Shown here: positions 1 to 12,484 of the stretch, piece after piece
How the letters are laid out: each line of letters opens with the position of its first letter
Position numbering within the stretch: position 1 is the stretch's first letter
Source of the DNA: Eledone cirrhosa
Lineage: Eukaryota
Direction of reading: 5' to 3'
Assembly: GCA_964016885.1 (NCBI GenBank)
Contig: OZ024740.1
Coordinates: 208,444,001-208,508,000 of the forward strand
Length of the DNA: 64,000 bases
The notes under the pieces: generated by a model
Database searches by the model: none
The model's input: the letters and a program-made list of their open reading frames with translations, nothing else
Told to the model about the DNA's origin: nothing
Translations under genes and position numbers: made by a program

Positions 1-1200
1 AAATAATAGGTACGTTTTGTGGAAATAGCAGGTATATATTTTGAAAATACGAGGTATGTATTGTGTAAATAGCATTAATGCAGTGTGGAAATAGCATGTA
101 TGCATTGTGAAAATTGCAGGTATGTATTGTGGAAATTGTCGTCCTATATTGTGGAAATATCAGTAATTTATTGTGGAAATAGCGGGTATGTATTTTGGAA
201 ATAGCCATAGTATATTGTGGAAATAGCAGGTGTGTATTGTGGAAATAGCAGTAATATATTGTGGGAATAGCAGTAGTATAGTGTGGAAATAGCAGGTATG
301 TATTGTGGAAATAGCAGTAATATATTGTGGAAATAGCAGTAATATATTGTGGAAATAGCAGGTATGTATTGTTGAAATAGCAGTAATATATTGTGGAAAT
401 AGCAGGTAGGTGTTGTGGAAATAGCAGTGATATATTGTGGAAATAGCAGTAATATATTGTGGAAATAGCAGGTATGTTTTGTGCAAATAGCAGTAATATA
501 TTGTGGAAATAGCAGGTAGGTATTGTGGAAATAGCAGTAATATATTGTGGAAATAGCAGTGATATATTGTGGAAATAGCGGGTATGTATTGTTGAAATAG
601 AAAGTATGTATTGTCGAAATAGCAGTAATATATTGTGGAAATAGCAGGTATGAATTTTTGAAATAGCAGTAATATATTGTGGACATAACAGTAATATATT
701 GTGGAAATAGAAGGTATGTATTGTGGAAATAGCAGTTATCTATTGTGGAAATAGCAGTAATATATTGTGGAAATAGCAGTAATATATCGTGGAAATAGCA
801 GTAATATATTGTGTAAAATAACAGTAATTTATTGTGGAAATAGCAGTAATAAATTGTGGAAATAGCAGTAATATATTGTGTAAAATAGCAGTAACTTATT
901 GTGGAAATATCAGTAATATATCGTGGAAATAGCAGTAATATATTGTGGAAATAGCAGTAATATATTGTGGAAACAGCAGTAATATATTGTGTAAAATAGC
1001 AGTAATATATTATGAAAATAGCAGTAATATATTGTGGAAATAGCAGTAATATCTTGTGGAAATAGCAGGTATGTATTGTGGAAATAGCAGGTAAGTATTG
1101 TGGAAATAGCAGCAGATATATATTGTGGAAATAGCAGGTATGTATTGTGGAAATACCAGAACCCAAGCAATATCGAAATACCTGTCGTGCATTGTGGAAA
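1..1200. repeat. Minisatellite, ~22-bp unit (TATTGTGGAAATAGCAGTAATA / ...GCAGGTATG variants)
   Basis: Dozens of tandem copies of gtggaaatagcag with two alternating spacer variants; explains the repetitive ORFs at 160-1219. Confidence 0.95.
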
Positions 1201-1239
1201 TGCGCACTAATTTAGACACAAAACCAGCAGTTTGCGGAC

Positions 1240-1420
1240 TAGAAAAAAGTCGATTACATCAACTCCTTTATTTTATTGGTACTTTATTTATCGACCCCGG
1301 AAGGATGAAAGGTAAAGTTAGCTTCAGCTAGATTTGAACACAGAACATGAATTACAGTAACTGAATGCCACAAAGCATTTTCTCCGAAGCTCTACCGATT
1401 CTTTCTCTCCATCGCCTTCG
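1240..1420 (-). mobile_element. tRNA-derived SINE copy (family S1), diverged
   Basis: ggtactttatttatcgaccccggaaggatgaaagg motif shared with copies at 7125, 9455, 11069, 12135, 17695, 36630, 40400. Confidence 0.7.
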
Positions 1421-1450
1421 TGTATTGTAGAAAGAGCAGCCATCTATAGT

Positions 1451-1506
<56 letters not shown>

Positions 1507-1830
1507 GACATATCTCTAGGAGGAGGTCACTCTGATATAAAACCTGCGACTTCGTTTGTATCCAATGATCTAGACCAGTTCTTCTTTTGGGGCAAATACA
1601 TTCGATGTGCAGAGAGTGGGATTAGCCCTGTGCAAAACCTTTCCTCACTCAAAAAAGCTTCAAGCAAAGGCATCGCTTGATATGTGACATTTTTTGCGAT
1701 GCATGGTATTGCTGGCCATAGGCAAGAGCCTAGTAGAACTAAAAAGCCACGGCCGTAATGCTCATGCTTAAGAATCTAGCGATGGCATTACTCGAAATCG
1801 AGTTGCAGCCATCATATTTGTATGCATATA

Positions 1831-1990
1831 TATAACAAAGAAAGTGTGGTAAGAAACCAGGTGGTCCAAAATGCAGCAGGGTACTCGATACTTAGGGTAG
1901 TAGAGTGGGTCGTTTCGACAGCTAGAACCGAACGGTTTTACCTGTCGAAACGGCTGGAGCTCAGCCGTCGGGGTTCTGACTCTTTTCCTA
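1831..1990. mobile_element. Family A fold-back element (half-hammerhead, PLE pLTR-like), diverged copy
   Basis: Shares tataac.aagaaagtgtggtaag...gtactcgatacttagggtagtagagtggg arm; has tttcgacag...ctgtcGAAAcggctggagctcagccgTCgggg. Confidence 0.75.
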
Positions 1991-2155
1991 TGCATATATA
2001 TATATATTCACAATTGAACGCTCCTGATACCAAACTGTATAAGCCATGGCCTCTCCATTGGACAACATCGGTGGCGTGTGTGTGTACGTCACGGATTCAA
2101 TCGGGGGTAACCACAGTAAGTAAGGTACTCAACAGATTAGTAGAGTGTAAACATA

Positions 2156-2266
2156 ATGTTTAATATAGAAATGGCTTCAACAGGACTAGAACTGTTTCAT
2201 TCAAAAGAAATCAACTTTTGAATGAAACAGTTCTAGTCCTGTAGGAGCCATGTCTATATTAAACAT
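2156..2266. repeat. Fold-back palindrome centred on a putative hammerhead stem II
   Basis: ~50-bp inverted arms; centre TTTC-attcaaaag-aaatcaa-cttttgaat-GAAA-cag..ctg-TA. Confidence 0.8.
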
Positions 2267-2472
2267 CATATATATATATATATATAGTGCAAATTTATAC
2301 GGGAACGAAACAGAGAGGCAGACAAATAAAGGTTTATTAGGCTCACGCTTTTGAGAGGGGGTGGTATATATATATATACTGAAATTGGCATTAAAATTTT
2401 GAAAGAAGATAATTGAATTAAATATATTGACGAAAAACCAAGAAAGAATCTCGCAAAAACACGCTTACTCAC

Positions 2473-2689
2473 CCTTAATGCTGCTATATAAAGGTTCCTG
2501 GAAGTTAGGTATGGTTTTAGAAAGTTTAGGGGTCTCTAAGATGACTGTTTCATCTTTACTCTGCTGTTTGGGCCAAAATGGACCATGTGAGAATAACTTC
2601 AAATCTGGAGATTGTCTATTGTATTTGGAAATGAATTCATCCAAGAGCTGAGAATACTTCCAATATACTTTGTTTGTACCTAACTCCAT
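2473..2689 (-). CDS. Possible host exon or short ORF of unknown function
   Basis: Non-repetitive 74-aa ORF ending at a strong donor AAGG|GTGAGT; no good acceptor (abuts (GA)n); no recognisable domain. Confidence 0.25.
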
Positions 2690-2699
2690 GACTAGTTCG

Positions 2700-4536
<1,837 letters not shown>

Positions 4537-4555
4537 TATATATATATATATATAT

Positions 4556-4629
4556 ATGGATGTCCCGAAAAGTGTATACACACTTTGATTAGAATGGTGT
4601 TCAAGTGTGTACATTCTTTGGGGACACCC

Positions 4630-4631
<2 letters not shown>
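4556..4631. mobile_element. ~76-bp Tc1/mariner-type mini-MITE
   Basis: Degenerate CAGGGTGTCCC TIRs, TA flanks; homologous to 38950-39025. Confidence 0.6.
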
Positions 4632-4721
<90 letters not shown>

Positions 4722-5467
4722 AGAGTATTCTGCGTCAAATCGACTAGTGATTAACCGTACTGCAGAAGACCCACTCTCCCATATAAGTAGGACGTGACGT
4801 GTATTGAGAGAAGCTGAGTTACATCAACATTTATATTCTCCCCGCCAATAAGTCTATACACCTTCTCTTGACCTCAACCCACACGACTTTGGTTGGGCCT
4901 CTCCCACATCATTACTATCTAAATACGATGTTGTTCCCACATCAAGAGGAGTATCTTGGCCCTGTGTACACTCAGCAGTCTTATGAAGCTAGTTCTCTCC
5001 TTTTACATATCCTATATTCCACACTCCACACCTTGTCTCGTAAAAGCCACCGTGCTCTCATGCCCCCATCAGTCCTCCTCCTATCACTCTCTCCTCCTGT
5101 CCGGTTGAGGACAGCCTAGTGTTGATGCCATACTAGAGTGCAAGTAATGCACTCTGCCTGTGGCCGCGCCCATGTCGCGATTAAATGCACCCACTCCACT
5201 CTGTAAAGTGGTCGTGTAAAACGTTCCTAATCTACAATGTAAAGTTAGGAAGGGCATCCAGTCGTATAAACTATGTCGAACTGGAACGTATGACCAGGAA
5301 ATGGTCATTTGACTTACCTGGTCACAGATTGTGACAACCCAGCCAACCTATGTCAGCCTGGAAACCAACATAGAATGATATATGTGTGTAGGTTAATATG
5401 TATATCTATATGTATATATTTATATTTGTTATCTATCTCTCTCTTTATATATATATATATATATATG

Positions 5468-5603
<136 letters not shown>

Positions 5604-5658
5604 TGTGTGTGTGTGTGTGTGTGTATACATGGAGAGAGAGAGAGAGGGGGGAGAGAGG

Positions 5659-5708
<50 letters not shown>

Positions 5709-6324
5709 GAGGGAGAGATGGGGAGGTAAGTTAATAAATAGATAGTTTGTCTTAGTAGTTGTGATTATATAATCAGTACCGACATCAAATGTAATCATCC
5801 TACCCAGGTAAATAAACTTGATCTGTATTGTTGAAACAACAACAACAACCTATAAGATCTATGTCAACTACACTATCTAATAGCCACAGTCATCATCGTC
5901 AAGAACACCTGTTACAGACACACTACAATAACAACAACTATTACAGTGATACCTTACAACAGGACTTTTACCGAATCAATCTGTTTATTTTTAGACAAAT
6001 TAATTCTTTAAAGCGGTTAATCCGGTGACAAAAGATAAATAGAAGATAGAGTTGAGGAGAAAGATGACGGCAAAGACGGGTTTTAAATGGTGTAGAATTG
6101 TGTGGTTAGAGATCAGGCGTGCATTTTAACTGGTGAATACGAATAGTTGGCTCGTTCTATGGTCACGGACACTGTACAATTCTGAACCGCTGATCTCTTG
6201 ATTGCTTGCCCAGTTGCATATCCTCTCGGCCACCCAAGTTCTATACTTTACAATAGAGGTTCCCAAACGTTGAGAAGGTAAGGAGTGCGCTGGGGCCAAA
6301 GGGAACGCTGGAGGGGGTAGGGAT

Positions 6325-7043
6325 GACCTTTACTTTGATGATAACATTGCACTTCTTGCAGATTGCCTAGAAAATGCGCAACAACTTTTGACATCTCCCG
6401 AGGAAGCAGCCGCCCTCGTTGGTCTTCATCTCAACGAGGGTAAAACAGTACATATCAAACTGTACAGGCAACAGCACCAAAGCAACCAACGTCAGTGATA
6501 TCAAGCAAGTCGAAGATTTCAACTATCTTGGGTCCTGGATCATGGACTCTGAGAAGGATTTAGCCACCAGAAAGGCCCAAGCAAGGTCAGCTTGCAACAA
6601 GATGGATCGAGTGTGGCGCTCATATCTTTCCAACCACACCAAGATCAGACTCTTCCAAGTAACAATTCAACTAATCTTGCTATATGGAAGTGAAACATGG
6701 ACGTTTTCATCCAAACAACAAAAGCGCCTTGATGGCACCTACACTAGCCTACTTCGTCGCATTCAGAACATAAGATGGTGACATCCGGCCTCCTACGCAT
6801 ATCTGTCGTTGTACGAAAAAGGAAAGTAAGATTTGCTGGCCACTGACATCGTGCCACCTACGAGGCTGTGACCACATTAGTGCTTTGAAAATCACAAGCA
6901 GCCACTAATTACAGGGGCCGCAAACTCTCCTACCCCGATGTCATCTCCAGAGATTCTGGTATTGAAATCCAGGACTTGGCAATGGCAATGAACGACAGAC
7001 CCACGTGGAGATCAATTGTTGAGTCGATTCGGCTGAGGACGCC

Positions 7044-7086
<43 letters not shown>

Positions 7087-7087
7087 A
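6325..7087 (+). pseudogene. 5'-truncated RTE-clade non-LTR retrotransposon (RT C-terminal part)
   Basis: VEDFNYLGSWI, TKIRLF, LLYGSETW, RLDGTYTSLLR motifs; stops and frameshifts; (GAT)n 3' tail 7046-7087. Confidence 0.85.
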
Positions 7088-7124
7088 TTAAATATCTAAT
7101 GATACATATTATATATAAATATAA

Positions 7125-7312
7125 GTGCGGTGGATTGGCAGTATTGGTAGAGGTCGGACACCATGCTTTGCAGCATAGAGTTATGGCCCTTTACGTTCTG
7201 AATGCAAATCCCGTCGAGGTTAACTTTGCCTTTCATCCTTACGGGGTCGATAAAATATAGTGCCAATAATGCACTGGGGTAATTGCTGGCCTTGTGGCAA
7301 AAGCAGAAACAA
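7125..7312 (+). mobile_element. SINE S1 copy
   Basis: tRNA-like head then ccgtcgaggttaactttgcctttcatccttacggggtcgataaa. Confidence 0.8.
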
Positions 7313-7856
7313 TTATTTATATATATATAGTAAAATAAAAAATATATAATATTTATTTATACATCTATATATATAAAACCGAGAATGTCTGTCTGTCTGT
7401 CTTCCTAAAACTCAAGAACCACCCAACCGATTTTTTTCAAACTTTGCACATGTAATACTTATAGTCGTGTGAGTGTTTTGAGCAAAACATATTTCAAATT
7501 TTCAATGCCCTAGGGACCGCATTAGGCGCCGGTTAGCGATCTCTCTCTCTCTTTCTTAGTCTGTCTTTTTAGATAGATACATAGCTATAACGTCGCGCCC
7601 TTATAATATCTGTCTGTATATGAAAACAATATGAAAACATAAAACGCAGAAGTAAATATTTCGAAAAACGTTGCAACCGAAGGAAAACAGGAAGACGATA
7701 CTTTGGTTCGTGAAGACGTTCCCTGGCAATGAACGGAAAAAAGCGAAGATAATACGTCAGCAATGAGAACAATATTTGTTCTAGAGTTCTTATATAATTG
7801 ATATATATTTATCCTTATCGAGCCCTCTTTGGTTCGACTAACACTATATATATATA

Positions 7857-8598
7857 TAAACGTATGTATTTTACTAAGGACCTACCCTTATTGAGTGCTT
7901 TGCTAACTCATTCATATTGTAAGTCGACTTTGCTTGCCCACAGCCAAAGCTTCGATTTTACTAACCTTCCACTTGTATTATTTTCTCCTAGATTTAATAA
8001 TTAACTAATTAATTTAATTAAACAATTCTGTTTATTGGTTAATTATTTGTGTTTGTTTAATAACATCTGGCTGAGAGCTTTTATTCTGAATGTTTGAGCG
8101 GAAATTATAATATTTCCTTTGTTTAACACTTTGAATCTACCCGCCAAAAACCGGGGGTTGCTTCCCTTGTTGGAAATAACACGTGACAACTAAATGTACG
8201 ATTGGCTTGCTCATAGCAGCAGCATTTAGCTCGTCTACTCCGGTTTTTTGGCAGAACGGAATCCCTGTTGATGAAATGAAACCTCTGTTCGATCATGGAA
8301 TACCACGAGCGTGCCTGTTACGTAAGTCGGATATTTGATTTTGGATTCACAGAAACACTTTAAACGTTTATCGTTTAATTTGTCCAGGTGTATCTTTTTA
8401 ACCTGTTAGTTTTTTCGTAGCTTTGGTATTGTGTGTTGGGTTTTGCCTACCACAATGTTCAATTTGTCAAGCTATTTAAACGTATGTTATTACTCTAAGG
8501 ACCTACCCTTATTTAGTGCTTTGCTAACTCATTCATATTGTAGGTCGACTTTGCTTGCCTACAGCCAACGCTTCGACTTTACTAAGCTTCCACTTGTA
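7857..8598. repeat. ~120-bp direct repeats (7857-7977, 8478-8598) flanking ~500 bp, inside the Helitron
   Basis: aaacgtatg...taaggacctacccttatt...ttccacttgta present twice. Confidence 0.8.
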
Positions 8599-8634
8599 TA
8601 TATATATAGCCGTTCCGTATAACCATGTCCATTA

Positions 8635-8673
8635 CAAGCTGAGGATCCGCTAAGGTGAAACAATTGTTCTCGG
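8635..8673 (+). ncRNA. Minimal type I hammerhead ribozyme motif (stem I partly degenerate)
   Basis: CTGAGGA-tccgctaaggt-GAAA-CAATTG-TT-ctcgg; same family as 18793-18832. Confidence 0.65.
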
Positions 8674-9454
8674 TATGGTGAACTAACTGTTGTGTAACCA
8701 CTTCTATATATATATATATATACACCATATATATATATATATATTCACTATATATACATATATACACACACATACACAAATAGCGAAGTCAATGTTTTCA
8801 TAATGTCGCAATGCAGATAGATACATAGCTATAACGTCGCGCCCGGTTAAGACGGCACTCATGGCTTAGCAATTACATAGTCAAAGGTTCGGAAATCACA
8901 TGCATCACTGACGAGTTTACTCCTTACTCTACCAGTTAGTCTTAGTGTACTTCGTCCTGCTTTTAGGTCATGCCTCGAAGGAAGAGATACTCCATTGGCC
9001 GAAATACTACGAAAGCGGCAAGAAAAAGAACAAGGCGGGCAAACGAATCGTCAGTGGAATCTGCTATTCGACGGTCGCAAGGCCGAGGTATTCCGTACTT
9101 CTCTGTACTGTTTCAGAAAGGAGGGATAAACATGCCAATCTATGTTTAGAAGCCCGAGCAACGACGGGCCATTCTGCTAGTAGTATATATTATATTATTT
9201 ATGATATATAAATTAACGATATTATTTATTATATATTATTTACAATTTGCGTGGAGGCAGGTCTTTCTGGAAATAGGGTTGGGGGCGCTGAGGATTTTTT
9301 TACAGGGCCATGAGGGGGGCGGTGGCTCCAAAGGTTTGAGAACCTCTGCTTTACAATATATAGTTTTGTCTCCCTGTTTTCTGAGTTCATGTCATGCCTT
9401 GGTTGATTGTTTCTCATCGTTTATCCTGAGCCGCTACAGATATCTACTAAATCA

Positions 9455-9640
9455 TTGTTTCTACTTTAGGCACAAGGCCAGCAATTACCCAGTACATTAC
9501 AGGTACTTTATTTTATCGACCCCGTAAGGATGAAAGGCAAAGTTAACCTCGGCGGGATTTGAACTCAGACTGTAAAGGGACGTAACTATGCTAGAAAGCA
9601 TGGCGTCCAACCCTCTACCGATACTGCCAATTCACCGCCT
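9455..9640 (-). mobile_element. SINE S1 copy
   Basis: Full-length match to family S1. Confidence 0.85.
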
Positions 9641-9689
9641 AAATAATGTTTATTAAATCTACAGTGTAACAGTGTAAAAAAATCCTACT

Positions 9690-10270
9690 CTCAATCTCTC
9701 TCTCAATCTCTCTCTCTCTCTCTCTCTCAATCTCACTCTCCCTCTCTCTCCCCCTCTCTCTCTCTCTCTCACACTATCTGTCTCTCTCTCTCCCTCTCTC
9801 TCTCTCTATTTATATTTTCATCTCACATTATACACCAACATTGTTTTTCCTCTCTCTCGCACAGTCTCTCTCTCTCCCCTCTCAAATTCTCTCCTTTCTC
9901 TCTCTCTCCCCTCTCAAATTCTCTCCTTTTTCTCTCTCTCTCTCTCTCTCTCTTTCCCCTCTCTCTCTCCCCTCTCTCATTCTCTCCTCTCTCTATCTCC
10001 CTCTCTTTCCTACTCTCTTTCCCTTCTGTCTCTCTCCCTTTCCTTCTTACTCTCTCTCACTCTCTTCGTCTGTCTCTCTCCCTCTCTCTCTTTCCCCTCT
10101 CTCTCTCCCCTCTCTCATTCTCTCCTCTCTCTATCTCCCTCTCTTTCCTACTCTCTTTCCCTTCTGTCTCTCTCCCTTTCCTTCTTACTCTCTCTCACTC
10201 TCTTCGTCTGTCTCTCTCCCTCTCTCTCTCTCACTCACTCCCTCCTATTCTATTTATCCTATTTCCCTCT
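9690..10270. repeat. (CT)-rich tract with a ~130-bp internal tandem duplication
   Basis: ctctctttcccctctctctctcccctctctcattctctcc...tcttcgtctgtctctctc repeated twice. Confidence 0.85.
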
Positions 10271-10397
10271 AACTTCCTATTTATTACGTATTTAACGATA
10301 AGACATCTATAATTCCACCTCCACCACTAAATCTATCACTGCCAGCGATATTGTACCTTTTGACATTGACCACTCGGTCAATGGGTACTATATTTAA

Positions 10398-10559
10398 CCC
10401 TTTAGCAATTAAACCGGCTGTATCCGGTCAAAATTCTCTCACCACTTTCTGTTCAAACTGGCTGTAACCAGCCGCTCAGTATTATGTTAGATAACTATGT
10501 GAAAAAAAGCCTTTACCATGTAAATATAATATATATAGAGTAATGTAAATGCTAAAGGG
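10398..10559. mobile_element. piggyBac-type MITE
   Basis: TTAA|CCCTTTAGCA...TGCTAAAGGG|TTAA; partial second copy ~10760-10930. Confidence 0.85.
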
Positions 10560-11068
10560 TTAAAAGAAAATCACATCTACTGTGGGTCTAACTTTTACCT
10601 TATTGGAACTACTTATCAAAATCTTAGCTTCGTTGATCAGGTCACATCACGAGGTCTCATATTAAACTATTTTTTACCACCATTGAACCACAGAGTCACA
10701 ATGTAACATGGTCTTATATGTAAGTATTGCAAAATGTTTTAAGAAGCAAACATCAAGTCTATTTAAACCGGTCGTAACTGACCACTCATCCTGGTGTTAA
10801 GGTATTGTTCTCAAAATAAATAACATCAAAATTTCAGATTCGATATTATGTGAAATAATTATGTGAGCTAAAGCCTTTACTACGAAAATACAATAGTAAA
10901 TATAGAGTAATGTAAACGTTAAAGAGTTAAGGGGAATATCCTAAAACAGGCATCAATGTTAGACCGATTCCTGCAAGAAAAGAACCCAGCTTTCTTTTCA
11001 ACAGAGAAGTTCTGTAGTCAAGTAAAGACCAGTCCGTTTCCACTGAACTATCATTATATTAGTTGCAG

Positions 11069-11288
11069 TGGATTAGGGCGGTGGATTGGCAGTATCGGTA
11101 GAGAGTCGGACACCATGCTTTGCAGCAAAGAGTTACGGCCCTTTATGGTCTGAGTTCAAATTCCGCCGAGGTCAACTTTGCTTTTCATCCTTACGGGGTC
11201 GATAAAATAAAGTACCAGTCATGCACTGGAGTCGATTTAATCGACTTTCCTCTCCCACCAAATTACTGGCCTTGTGCCTATACTAGAA
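11069..11288 (+). mobile_element. SINE S1 with 19-bp TSD
   Basis: atcattatattagttgcag at 11050-11068 and 11289-11307 flanks a full SINE. Confidence 0.9.
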
Positions 11289-11535
11289 ATCATTATATTA
11301 GTTGCAGATATTCTGTGAGGAATTTCATCTGTTCAAGTCTGTACAAGTCCTGACAGTACAGAATCGTTCTTACGTCTACAAATACTAGCACAGACATAGA
11401 TATAATGTATATATTCGGGGAAATCTAACGATGGCGAACCTCCACTACAACCACCACCACTACTATTACTACTACTACTGCTGCTGCTGTTGCTGCTGCT
11501 ACTACTACTGTCGCTGCTGCTATTACTACAATATA

Positions 11536-11886
11536 CAGTTGTCCCCCGGTATTTGCGGGGGTTACGTTCCTAAAGCACCCGCAAAGAGTGAAAACCGCGA
11601 ATATTGGGCGTGGTCCTTAAAAATGCCTATGAACGTCAAAATATGACGTAAAATATAATTTTAAAAAAATAGAGAGAGCGTCTTATGCGAAGGGCCAATA
11701 AGCGGCAAATACGGTATGTTGTTATTAATAATTTAGCGTATATATTGCCACGAAAATAGGTATGAAAAAATCGCGGAAGATATTTACGATTCCGCGAATA
11801 TGCCGTGGTTTCCACGAACATTTATTAGTTAGGTTCTAAGGAAAATTACGCGAATAACTGGAGATGCGAATGCCGGGGATACACTG
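11536..11886. mobile_element. Tc1/pogo-type MITE
   Basis: TA|CAGTTGTCCCCCGG...CCGGGGATACACTG|TA. Confidence 0.75.
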
Positions 11887-12484
11887 TATGTAGTAGTAGT
11901 AGTAGTAGTAGTAGCAGCAACAGTATACCTCCTATAACTTCGATTCATACCCATCCCTTCCATATACTGTACCGATTGTGTTGTTATTTCTGTTTACCTT
12001 TTATATACATATATATACATATATATATATTTATATTTGTTTTGCGAGGTTTTTGATATGAAATCGTGTGTCGAAACAAATATTGTTATACTTGGGGAGG
12101 GTCATATTGTTGTAATAATATTGCCAGAAATAATTGTTTCCACTTTAGGCACAAGGCCAGCAATTACCCAGTGCATTACTGCTACTTTATTTTATCGACC
12201 CCGTAAGGATGAAAGGCAAAGTTAACCTCGGCGGGATTTGAACTACTGCCAATCCACCAGAACACAATCACTGTTTGGTTGGTTTTCGCTTCTGTATCTT
12301 TTATATCTCCATAGTTAATTCATTCGGTCCTCAATATTTACCATTGACTGACCAACGGTCAAAAATACAGATATAATATAGATAGATATAAACACATATA
12401 TATAGTCTAACAAAGTTCTTTCGTTGCACATCTGCAACATCGTCACATTTACAAAAATATCCAGATAACATCAACAATATCCGT

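Larger units (their letters stand above)
7364..9180 (+). mobile_element. Non-autonomous Helitron
   Basis: A|TC start (TCTATATATATAAAACCGAGAATGTCTGTCTG); 3' GCCCG..CGGGC hairpin then CTAG|T; 5' part homologous to 44775-45030. Confidence 0.8.
6254..9348. mobile_element. hAT-type MITE split by nested insertions
   Basis: TIRs tagaggttcccaaac / gtttgagaacctctg; exact 8-bp TSD CTTTACAA at 6246-6253 and 9349-9356. Confidence 0.85.

Noticed and set aside
1-1200. CRISPR-like array or 332-aa repetitive protein
   Set aside because: Units are contiguous with no unique spacers, no cas genes, eukaryotic context; the ORFs are by-products of the repeat
10930-11045. Possible minus-strand exon (ETDWSLLDYR...)
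   Set aside because: Short, weak acceptor adjacent to a SINE TSD, no other support
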